From an uncultured virus (IMG/VR IMGVR_UViG_3300023179_000063) (Duplodnaviria > Heunggongvirae > Uroviricota > Caudoviricetes > Crassvirales), in the IMG/VR virus record IMGVR_UViG_3300023179_000063: 64,000 bases of DNA; one strand, given 5' to 3'. Under the pieces are notes generated by a model, which saw only the letters and a program-made list of their open reading frames with translations, did not search any database and was not told the origin of the DNA. Both the position numbers and the translations under genes were made by a program. Shown here in pieces: positions 38,001-48,100 of this stretch. How positions within the stretch are numbered: the stretch's first letter is position 1; each line of letters opens with the position of its first letter.

Positions 38001-39983
38001 GAATTAGTTAAAACTTTAACATCTAAAAATCCTTCCTCTCCTGTAATAGTAGACCCAACATCAACCTATACAGATAATCCTGGAAATTTAATTCCAGAAG
38101 ATAAACCTAGATTTAATAAAGGAGATATAGGAATGGCAGGTGCTTTAGGTACTTCTTTAATAGGAAACTTAATTCAAAGAAGTAATTTAAATAAAGTTGC
38201 TCCACCTAGAACATTAATAGCCCCTACATTTACAGCAGGTAGAACTCCTATTAATGCAGATTATTCTGCTGATTTACAAGCAGCTGATAATCAATTTAAT
38301 GCTGCTAGAAGAGGTGTTATGCTGAATAGTGGAAACTACTCTACTCAAGCTGGTAATTTAGGTCAATTAAGAGCTGAACAATTAAGAAACAGAAGTAAGA
38401 TTCTTCAAAATCAAAATAATGCTAATGTTGCTTTAATGAATGAATATCAAAAAGAACAAGCAGATGCAGCTAATAAAAATGCAGCTTCTAATTATGCTAC
38501 TGATCAAGCTAATATGGAAAACTTGTATAACTATAATTTATGGAAAACAGGTCAAACTAATGCTGCTGATGCAAGTGCTTTTAATACTTCTGGTCAAATG
38601 TTTAATAACATGGTAACTGGTCAAAATCAATTAGATGCAGCTGAAATGTATAGAAGAATGTATGCTCAAAAAGTACAAGATGATTTAGCTTTTAAGAAAG
38701 CAATGGGTGGTTATATTCCTTCAAAATCTGAAGGAGATGAAAATTGGGTTTTAGAAAGTAGAACTCCTAGAAATTATTTTGCTAAAGGTGGGACTGTATA
38801 TTCTCAAAAATTACAAAAACAACTTAACCAACCAACTATTAATAATGCAGCTGCTATGGATGCTGAATATGCTTCTTATTTAAACAAAGAAGGGCAACCA
38901 ACACAAAATACTTTTAAATCTAAAATAACTGGATTAGATTATAAAGTATTACCTAGAAGTGAAAAAGATTTATATGCTGCTAATTTATGGAAAGACACAC
39001 ATAATACAGCTCCTACTAAAAAACAAGTAGAAGCAACTAAAAAAGCTTTAGAAGGTAAAAAAACTTCATCACCTGGAGCTAATTTAGCTAAAATGATGAA
39101 TGATAAATTTAGTGTATCTAATCAAGAAGCTAGTTTAGTAAATGCTGTAAATGCTGATAGAGAAGATAATATGTCTTATTTACCTTCAGAATATGAAAAT
39201 AATAAATTAAATCAAGGATTAACTCGTCAACAAGTTGAAAATATACCTCTAGCAACAGGAAAAGCTGAATATTATGATATGTCTGATTTTATCCCTTCAA
39301 AAGGTGCTTTAATGGGAGGAGCTGCTTTAGCAGGATTAGGATTTGGTTATCTTAAAAAACAAGCAATGAAAGAATTACCTAATGTTTTAGAAGCTGGTAT
39401 TAAAATGGGTACTAAAGCTTCAAAACATGGATTAAGTGATGTTGCTGAAACTACAGCTGAAAGAACTGCTAGAGGTATTTCTGAATGGAAAAATAAAACT
39501 AAAGCAATTCCAGGTTTAGAAGAATATTATGAAAAGAAAGCTAAAAACTTTACTTCTCCATCTACTAGAGTTAGAGATATTGAAGGAAGTTATACAAGAT
39601 CTTTAAATCCAGCTAAACAACAAAGTAAATTAGCAGCAGCAAAAGAACAAAAATTACTTCCTGGAGCTACAAAAACTTCTATTGATTTAGAAGATGAAGG
39701 ATTTGCTTTAGCATTTGACAGAAAACAACAAATGAATAAATTAAATTCTAAATTAAATATTGCTGAAGGTGCTGACAAATATACAAAACCAGCTTTAAAA
39801 AGATTAGAAAAAAAACTAGATGATTTAGAAATTCCTAATTTTTCTATTCAAAAAACTAGATTAAAAAATCAAATGAAAAAAGCTGTAGAAAATGGAGATA
39901 AAGCTACATATAATAAAACTTATAGAAAGTTTACAGATTTATTAACTAAAGGTGAAAAAGAATTTTTAAATAGTAATGATTAA
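35010..39983 (+). CDS. Virion cargo/ejection protein 1 (mosaic)
   Basis: 1657 aa; glycine-zipper TM (GALSGALKGASAGAALGPWGMAGGALIGGVAG), EVE.GE...GGETHENGG...IFSD core; first gene of the cargo block. Confidence 0.7.
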   Translation: MGKSNMIKRADGSYSKHGLWDSIRENKGSGKAPTKEMLKQEKKIKAKYPDGGKVDNINNVPIPSPFPSKQNFKFKNYQDLKTLPVKLNSNNFNPYTNIPDKKIIGSEDYKDPLANILNQTISDQTNLGRGYNIGSEILNSYENPYLKTINSGLELVKSKTPIIGDLLINTGQEALSGVDNYLKNNNDYNSRLHDKIKNMKYKNGGTIHINPENKGKFNATKKATGKTTEELTHSKNPVTKKRAIFSQNAAKWKHAEGGEIDPKNSFGLTGNYSRNPNSEAIESNYKLAADYQRRLGNFNTGLNANLGFNQTMPLNTEVPVMTPMIVPDANVGLNVGYDRNNSNFNGSFNYNPINQGINAEVTYRRRFAEGGRTPIKVTDPNDPRLRAYNDSNYIHKLSGETLKAMYKETPDQWRKRKETGLTDEAWGHFQNLIELNKGKVILPIGRYKHTIDDGTNIQDREVGIFAKPVQPYVYQKPIEGSVGRDVPKVNKPIVKQPVKPSYKDFVKTANPDYLADDYDLKQAYNKLPLSTMQAWAKDPENNHLPDTYKLPNHPTFSNESKYYKEGMPAVKWEGDKPIPINQKFVEQVKPTYTSPKQLYQGREFMDSTQLRPGYYHPEEITERMKDPNKKFAGGGRVLPKYGLGDWLNKNKAGVGAGLGFAGDTTNLLFDNNVFGTRNKVTDSEGNELGEAQSDAGSQTQGALSGALKGASAGAALGPWGMAGGALIGGVAGFLTADTGAEDKLNQIKKERDAQISFKNILGKGPIGNNAIQTNSLALSAYGGYINKKYAAGGMKTLNQDHPEATEEVELGESAMLPNGMNLAFGGETHENGGLETNLPEGTRIFSDRVKSGKRTIASIAKPIQNKIEKLKDNNSKAGQNTVKLFENQLDNLFNEQEEIKQIEDMKQQRKYFAKGGLVKYSGEDGMPGVIEKPFMLRYNGQPNYVPTNSTETRLPFGTSQTSMMTAPMNDGTAIYNNPYLKPEDIQNQMILNQNNRNELVKTLTSKNPSSPVIVDPTSTYTDNPGNLIPEDKPRFNKGDIGMAGALGTSLIGNLIQRSNLNKVAPPRTLIAPTFTAGRTPINADYSADLQAADNQFNAARRGVMLNSGNYSTQAGNLGQLRAEQLRNRSKILQNQNNANVALMNEYQKEQADAANKNAASNYATDQANMENLYNYNLWKTGQTNAADASAFNTSGQMFNNMVTGQNQLDAAEMYRRMYAQKVQDDLAFKKAMGGYIPSKSEGDENWVLESRTPRNYFAKGGTVYSQKLQKQLNQPTINNAAAMDAEYASYLNKEGQPTQNTFKSKITGLDYKVLPRSEKDLYAANLWKDTHNTAPTKKQVEATKKALEGKKTSSPGANLAKMMNDKFSVSNQEASLVNAVNADREDNMSYLPSEYENNKLNQGLTRQQVENIPLATGKAEYYDMSDFIPSKGALMGGAALAGLGFGYLKKQAMKELPNVLEAGIKMGTKASKHGLSDVAETTAERTARGISEWKNKTKAIPGLEEYYEKKAKNFTSPSTRVRDIEGSYTRSLNPAKQQSKLAAAKEQKLLPGATKTSIDLEDEGFALAFDRKQQMNKLNSKLNIAEGADKYTKPALKRLEKKLDDLEIPNFSIQKTRLKNQMKKAVENGDKATYNKTYRKFTDLLTKGEKEFLNSND

Positions 39984-40015
39984 ATAACTCCTAATAGAAT
40001 AGTATTCTATTACTG

Positions 40016-40047
40016 ACCCTATCAATAAAATGATAGGGTTTCTTTTT
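40016..40047 (+). terminator. Rho-independent terminator
   Basis: ACCCTATCA-ATAAAA-TGATAGGGT-TTCTTTTT. Confidence 0.75.
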
Positions 40048-40059
40048 ATATAAAAGTTG

Positions 40060-40067
40060 TATATTTG
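40060..40067 (+). promoter_or_regulatory. Bacteroidota-type -7 promoter element
   Basis: TAtaTTTG between the terminator and ATG 40090. Confidence 0.6.
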
Positions 40068-40089
40068 CATTTATAAAATATACTAAATT

Positions 40090-42114
40090 ATGCTGAACTT
40101 CGAGTCTGCCAAATATGTTGACCCAAAAGTGCAAATAGCACCAAGAGAACTTCCTGTAGAGGAAATGATGAAAGTAGGTAATGTCCTACAAGATAGATTT
40201 GATAAATCTATGGAGAATGAAACTAAAACTCAAGCTTTATTTAGAAAACTAAAAGCTTCTTCTAATCCTGCCGACCATGCAGTTGCAGATCAAATAATGA
40301 GTAATTATAATCAAAGACTTAAAGATAGAGCTACAAATGGTAGGTATCAAGATATGTTATGGCAAACTCAACAAGATGCTATGGATGTTGCTGGTATGTA
40401 TGAAGGTCTTTCTAATAGAGCTAAACAAATAGCTGAATATGAAAAAGCTATAGATTTAAATACAGTTAATTCTCCTGAAATTAAAAAACTTCAAAAAGAA
40501 AAATATAGAAAAAGTATTATGCAATCTCAATTTGATCCTGAAAAAAGAATATTACAAGGATTAGATGTGTCTGCACCTAATATTGTTAATGCTTTTGATT
40601 ATGAAAAACACATGATGGATTTAGCAGGACAATGGAAACCTGATACTAGAGGGTCTAAAACTGTTAAAGAAGTTTGGATACCAAAAGGTGCTAAAGCTCC
40701 TGATGGTTCTATTTCTCCTGGTTCTAATTATAAAGTTTTAGATAATAGATTTACAGAACAAGTAAAAGCTGAAGATTTAAGAAATCATTTAGAAAAATCA
40801 GCATTAAGTAATGAAATGTTACAAGCTGCTTTAAAACAAGATAGAGAAGTTTATGGAGATGATATAGCTTTTCAAAGATACCATAATGCTATTAATGCTG
40901 CTATTGATGCTAAAGCTTATATTAAACAATTAGAAAATGAACATAGTGCTGAAATGACTGTACCTAAAACAAATGGTCAAGGAGATGGGTATGGTGAACA
41001 ACAAAATCCTCAACCTACTAAAATTGCAGATACTAGAAATATTGATAATGCAGCATCTCCTTTATCTAAAAGTGTAAATGAAACTTTAACTGATTATAAT
41101 AAAAATATTGATGTATCGTATGAAAATTTTAAAAGTGGTAAATCAGACAACGCTGTTAAAAATAGAGAAGTAATTAGTATGTTTACTACATATTTAATGA
41201 ATAAAATACCTGAATTAGAAAAATCTAATAACGATAAAGATAAAAAATTACTTAAAAATATTAATACTGGAGCTTGGAATACCGACTGGAAGGATGAAGG
41301 TAATCCTGGAAATGCTTTCTATACTGCATATACAAAAATAGCAAGAGGTAAACCAGAAACTTTAACTTCTATGGAATATAATAAAATAATGGATCTCATG
41401 AAAGATCAAAATATATCTTATAATTATGCTCCTAAAGTATATAATACAAATGACCCAAATTATAAAGCTAGAAATTTAGCAGAATTTGGAACTTTAGTAT
41501 TAGATACAAACGGAGAATATGATCCATTAAAAGCTATTAATCAGATGAATTATAAAGCTTTTAATAATCCAAATGGATTAGCTATTAAAAAAACTGGTGC
41601 ATTAGAAAAAGGAGAAAACACTGCACTTGGAGGAGCTTCTTCTAGAGGATGGAAATATTTAGACCCTATTACAAATTCTGTTAAAGATTTAAATACTTTA
41701 ATAGATGAGTTACCAAATGCAACAACTAATTTAACAGTTTCAGGAATACCTGATCCTTCGTCATTAATGACTGCTAATGAAAACCATAGAGAAGGTAGTA
41801 ATACTAGTTATTTTGGAAATGGATATGTAGTTAATTTTATAGACAAGAACGGGCAAGAAAGAGATATTATAATAGGAAATCCTTCTGAAGTAAATACAGG
41901 TAATGCTCAAGTTGCTAATTTAAGTAGATTTGCAAAAGGTATTCACGGAACTGAAACAGTAAATTTAAAAGTAGGAAATGAAGAAATGTCTTTTAAAGTA
42001 AGAGGAGAAGGAGATAAAGTAGTTGTATCAAGTGGTAAACAATCTCGAAAATTTACTTCAGATGAATATATTCAATGGTTAAAAGATGTAATTCAACCTA
42101 ATAAAACAAATTAA
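40090..42114 (+). CDS. Virion cargo/ejection protein 2
   Basis: 674 aa, helical N-terminus (YVDP...LP.E.M..VG..LQ.RFD), between cargo 1 and the RNA polymerase. Confidence 0.6.
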   Translation: MLNFESAKYVDPKVQIAPRELPVEEMMKVGNVLQDRFDKSMENETKTQALFRKLKASSNPADHAVADQIMSNYNQRLKDRATNGRYQDMLWQTQQDAMDVAGMYEGLSNRAKQIAEYEKAIDLNTVNSPEIKKLQKEKYRKSIMQSQFDPEKRILQGLDVSAPNIVNAFDYEKHMMDLAGQWKPDTRGSKTVKEVWIPKGAKAPDGSISPGSNYKVLDNRFTEQVKAEDLRNHLEKSALSNEMLQAALKQDREVYGDDIAFQRYHNAINAAIDAKAYIKQLENEHSAEMTVPKTNGQGDGYGEQQNPQPTKIADTRNIDNAASPLSKSVNETLTDYNKNIDVSYENFKSGKSDNAVKNREVISMFTTYLMNKIPELEKSNNDKDKKLLKNINTGAWNTDWKDEGNPGNAFYTAYTKIARGKPETLTSMEYNKIMDLMKDQNISYNYAPKVYNTNDPNYKARNLAEFGTLVLDTNGEYDPLKAINQMNYKAFNNPNGLAIKKTGALEKGENTALGGASSRGWKYLDPITNSVKDLNTLIDELPNATTNLTVSGIPDPSSLMTANENHREGSNTSYFGNGYVVNFIDKNGQERDIIIGNPSEVNTGNAQVANLSRFAKGIHGTETVNLKVGNEEMSFKVRGEGDKVVVSSGKQSRKFTSDEYIQWLKDVIQPNKTN

Positions 42115-42119
42115 TTAAA

Positions 42120-45100
42120 ATGGCTAAAAAAATTAAAACTCCAGTAAAAGAGTTAATAGATTATTATTTATCAAAAGATAATACTAATGAGTATTTAGGA
42201 AAACCAGTTACTGAAGCTCCTATTCCAAGATTAGGAGGACCTCAAGTAGAAGAAAATGAATGGTCTAGATATGATAAAAATTCTTATTTTAATGAAAATT
42301 TAGAAGAAAGAAGAAGTAGAAATCAAGATGGTTGGGATGCTTTTGGAATAGGAGCAGCCAGATTATTAGGACAAGGAATAACTAAAACAGCGGCTGGAGC
42401 AGGAATGGTAGCTGGTTTATTTGGAATTGATAATAGTAATGAAAAATATCTTAATGAAAATTCAAATTTTTCACAAAAAATAGCAGCCTGGATAGCAGGA
42501 GCCGCTGATAATGGATTAGCTGTTGTAGCTAATGAATTAGAAAAAAATTTAATTGATGCTACACCTTTATACAATAGTACAGCAGATAAAGAAGCTAATA
42601 AAGCCAGTATGTTTAATAATTTAACAGATGGTGATTTTTGGGCAGGAGAAGGAGTAGATGCTGCTGCATTTTTATTAAGTGCATATTTAACAGGTGGAGC
42701 TGCAACGGAAGCTAATATTGGAGGCAAAATAGCTTCTACTTTAGCTAAAGGAAAAATATTTGGTTCTAACATAAATAAAATAGCTAAATTAACAAATCAA
42801 GCTACTGCTACTGCTTTACAAACAGCTTCTGAATCTATGTTTGAAGCTAAAGATGTTAGAGATTCATTAAGAGAACAAAAAGCTCAAGAAAAATATAGTC
42901 TTCCTTTTGAAAGTTTAAATCCACAACAACAAAATGAAATTAATGTTGAAGTGGCTCCAGCTGCTGCAAAAACATTTGCTTTAAATACAGCAGCTTTAAT
43001 TGTTCCTAACTTTTTTGAAATGGGTCAATTAATGAAAAAAGCAGGTAGAACTGTAGGTACTGTTGAAGGGTTAGCTGCTAAAGGGTTATCTACTGTTGAA
43101 AAGGAAATAGGTGATAAAGTATTATGGAATACACTTCCTTTAGGTAAAGTAGGTAAAGCTCTTAATAAATTTGCTAATACTAAAATTGGAGCTGGGTTTA
43201 ATAATGCTTTAGTATCTATGGGTAGAGAAGGATTATATGAAGAAAATATTCAAACAGCTATTTCTAATTTAATGGAAAGTGATCCTGATGCTTCTATAAC
43301 AGATATAGGTAAAATAGCAAAAGGAATGTATAATAATTTCAGTTCTGAAGAAGGTAAAAAATCTATGTTATTAGGATCTTTAATAGGAGGTTTAGCAGGA
43401 GGTATATCAGGAGGAATAGAATATTCTAGGAATAAAGAAAGACAAAAAAATGCTATTACAGCAAGTGCTATATCAGGACATAATTTATTTAAAGCTAATA
43501 ATCCTTATGAAATAGAAACTTATGAAGAAATAGTTGATGGTAAACCTGTTAAAAAAACTAGATATAAATTAGATGAAAATGGTCAACCTATTATAGATAG
43601 TGCTAAAATGAAATCTATTATTGCCGATAAAGATCATTTAGAATATTTAGATGACATAGCAACTTTAGCTGAAGAAAAAGGAGATAATGTATTAGCTAAT
43701 ATAGCTAAAAGTCATTCTATGGCTAAATGGGTTAAATCTCATTTTGATACTGGAACAGAAAATTTATTACAAGATAAAATAGATTATTTAAAAGAACTAT
43801 CTGATCAAGAATTATTAGAACAAGGAATAGATCCAAATAAAAAAAACGAATATATAAGTAGATTAGAAAATAAAACTAAAGAATTTACAGCTTTAGCTAA
43901 TCAAATAGGAGGATCTTTATTATCAAGAGATAATAGTAAAGAAGGAGCTAAAAAATTTAATGCTAGAAAATCTGAATTATATAATATTGGAGTTACATTA
44001 TCTTCAGTTAGAGAAGAAAAAGCTAGGCTAGAAGAAGAAAAAGCTAGATTAAGTTCATCTCCTGAATCTACTATTCTTGCTGAAAAACAATTAGCTTATG
44101 CTGATTTAAAAATTAAAGAATTAACTGAAGCTGAAAATAAATTCAATGAAGAATTTAAAAAAATAGCTGATTTTAAAAATGGTCAAGATTATTTTAATAA
44201 TGATTATAAAAAATCTATTGTAGAAAAAATAGATGATATAGACCATGCTACTGTAACTTTAGATGAATTTAATGCTTATGAAAATTCTAAACTATATAAA
44301 TCTGAATTAGGATTAAAAGCAGATAATATAGAATCTGAATTTTTTGAAAAAGGAATAGATGAAAGATTGCAAAATGAACCACTAGAAAACATATTAGATG
44401 ATTTAGAATATTTAGATGCTTCTATTACTCAATCAACTAAAGATAAATTACAATCTATAGAAGAAGCTAAAACTCAAAATTTAGATAGTCTTGAATCTGC
44501 TATTATTGACATACAAAATGGAGAAGAACCTAATGCTCCTCAAGAAATAATAGATGAAGCTAATTCTTTTTTTGATGAAAATGGAGATATTGATTCAGAT
44601 AAATTAGAAGAATTTCAAAATGCTCAAAAAATAAATGCTTCTAATTTAAATAAAATTTCTAATTTACCTATAAAAGAAAAACAAGAAGTTACTAAAAAAA
44701 CAAGTAAAGAAAAAATATTAGAAAAATTTACTAAAACTATTAAAGGAATTACTTTTAATGCTGAAAATAATGATGATTACGATAATGTAAAAGAAATTGA
44801 AACAGCTATAAAAAAATTACAAAATTTTATAAAAGTTCTTAAAGAAAAAAATGATGAGGATTATAGAGATGTTATAACTACTTATGAAAATGATTTAATA
44901 CAATTAGAACAATTATTAATTAAGGTAAAAGAAAGACTTAATGATAAAGCTCTTCAACAAGAAAAATTCGTTCAAGAAAATTTAAATAATATGATTTCTT
45001 CATTTGGAATTAATGAAGAAGGGGCTATTATTAACAAAGAAATATATGATATAATTAAAGATATTTTAGGAGATGAAATTTTAAATCTAAAAGAAAAACT

Positions 45101-48100
45101 TAAAGATTTATCTCTATGGGGTAAAATAGGTTATTTAACTCAATTACAAGATATTGTAAAAAGTAAAATAACTGATGAACAATTAGAACAATTAAAAACT
45201 ATTCAAAAAAGTCTTTCAAATGAAGTTGTTTTTGAAATTAAAGAATATGTAAAAGAAACAGGACAATTATCTGATACACTTATAAATCTTATAACTAAAT
45301 TTTATAGTTCAAATCCTAAATTACTATTTATAGATGTTATAAAATTAATTCAAAAATATTCAGAAGATAAAAATAATCCTTTTAACATTTTTTTTAAAGA
45401 TTTAAACTTTAATAATTTATATAATAAATTACTAACAACTAATGTTGAGGTTAGGGGTTCGTTAGACAAAGCTAAATCTATTTTTAATACACATTATCAA
45501 GTTTTAAATTTATCTAATTTAATTTCTAGTATTGATAGTAAATATAATAGTGTTACAGAAATAGTTACAGAAAATGCTATTAATACTGAAAAAGATATTA
45601 TAACTCCTTCTAATCAACAATTGTTTGCTATTAGAGATTTAGTTAAATTCTTTTTTAGTAAATTAAATAATACTGGATTTGGTAATTTTGCTTATTTAAA
45701 AGGGTATGCTGGTACAGGAAAAACAAACATTGTATTAAAATGGTTTTGTAAATTATCAGGTTTAAAACAAGATGAAATTTTTGCAGTTGGACATAATAAA
45801 TACTCAAGTGAAGCTATTAATAAATCAATAGGTTCTCCTAAAATTAATACAATTGAAAATCTTTTAGAAGGATTAAGTACAAATTCTTTAAATAATATTA
45901 AAGTTCTTATTATAGATGAAATAAATGGATTAAGTAAAAAAGAATTGTTGAATTTAACTAATTTAGTTACTAATTATAATAATTTAAATAAAACATCTAT
46001 TAAAATTATAGGTTTAGGAGATCCTAATCAAATAACAGTTAATGAATCTTTTGCTCCTTTAGAAGAATTATTTGCTACTCCAGAAATGTCTAATATGACA
46101 ATGATAACACCTTTAACTATTCGTTATAGAAGTAATGTTCAAGCTGTTGTAGATGCTCAAGATATTTTTATGGATAATAGTAAAGATATGGTAAAAGAAG
46201 GAATTTACTTATTTACTAATTCAGATAATTCATTAGGTGCATCTGGAAGTATAGCTAGTGATAGTATTGAAAAAATATTAAAAACTAAAGATATAAATGA
46301 TGGTAAAACAAGAGCTGTAATAGTTCATCCATCTGATGTTGAAGAATGGAAAAATAAAAATTTAGGAATAGAAGTAGTTAGCTATGTTGATGTTCAAGGA
46401 AGAACTATTGATGAAGTATATGTAGCAATTAATAATAATAGATTTGATAATTCATTAGCTTTTAATAAAGCTATGTACACAGCAACATCAAGAGCAACAA
46501 ATTTTATATTTATCCAAGGTATTCCTTCTACAGTAGTTGTAGATAATAGTATTAATAATAATGCTCAAAAAAATACTGCTCAATTAGCTGAAGCTAAAAA
46601 AGAATTTGCTCAAAATAGAAAAGATGAAGGAGAACAATTAGATGTAGAAATTAAAATTGTACCTCCGCCTACAACTCCACCTCCCTCAGACCCGGATCCA
46701 GAAAAAGATGAAGAAATTATAGATGATGAAGAAGAGGAAGAAGAGGAAGAAGAACCTGAACCGACAGGTGGTGGATCACCTTTAAATCCAAATTCTATTA
46801 ATTTAAAATACCCTACTAATGAAGCTTTATCAGGTAATGCTTTTGAAAAAATAAAACCTGTTGAAGTTGGAGAAGCTATTGTTTTTATACCTGTTAAAAA
46901 TAAACAAGGATTTTCAAGTATAGGTGTATTTGTAGATAGAGGAAATGGTAAGTTTATTCAAGTAGCTTTATTATCTCAAGAAGAATTAAATAATCCTCCA
47001 GTAGATAAAATAGATATATATAATAAATTTAAAGAAAGTTTAAATAAAAATTATACAGAATTTGTAACTAAAGATGGATATTTAAATGTGGCTCCAGGAA
47101 GTAGTTTAAATATTTTAGCTCAAGGTAAATTAGAAAATGTATCTAAATTAAAATATTACTATAAAAAAATAGGAGAAACATTTGATTGGAAAACTTTATT
47201 TGCTAAATTTAGAGAAGGATTTTTTAATACATCAGAAAGTAATAATTCTAAAATAGAAAAATCTAAAATTAGAGTATTTACAACAGCTGAAATTCGTGCT
47301 TTAAACGGTCCTAAATTAAAACCAGGAGTACCTTATGCTGTTATTACTTCTCCTACTCAACAAGGTGGAGTTGTAAATAACGATCAATATATTGAATTAG
47401 AAAGAAAAAAATTAAATAAAGATACTCATGGATTTATGATAGCTCCTTTATTACAATTTTTAGATAAATATTTTCAATTTAAATCACAATTTCCTGAATT
47501 AACTACTAATGAAATAGCAGATTTAATTGAAGCTAAAGATGATTATTTAGGAACTTTACTATCTAAATTAAATTCTAAATATCAAACTTCATATATTTTT
47601 ACTAATGAACAAAAAGAATTAAAAAAAGAAATTGATGAATTACTATTTAAACCTTTAGAACCATCAGATTTAGAATTTAAAAAGAAGATGAAAGTAAAAA
47701 ATACTGTTTCTCCTTTTATGGTCCTTGATTCAGAAGGTAAACAAAAAGAAATTAACGGTACTATAGTAAAAGTTAACGATAAAACAGTTGAAGTAAAAGT
47801 TGAAGATAAAGTTATAGAAGTTAACAAAGAAGATTTACAACCTGTTATTAAAAGAAAATCAGGTAAAGCACAAAATATATTTAATTTAATTGCTCAAGGA
47901 AATAGAACTTCTAATGGATATATTATTAGAACTACTTATGTTGATAATGGAATACAAAAAAGTAGAGGTAAAAGTCTATTACCAAGAACTGAAGATGAAG
48001 ATCCTAATATTTTATTAGAAAAATTTAATAATTTAGATGTTAAAAAACAATCTAAAATTTTAAATAAATTTAAAGAAAATTATGGTAAAGAATTTAATCC

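Noticed and set aside
46662..46776. Low-complexity GAA/GAG and CCN run as a DNA repeat element
   Set aside because: It simply encodes a Pro/Glu-rich interdomain linker
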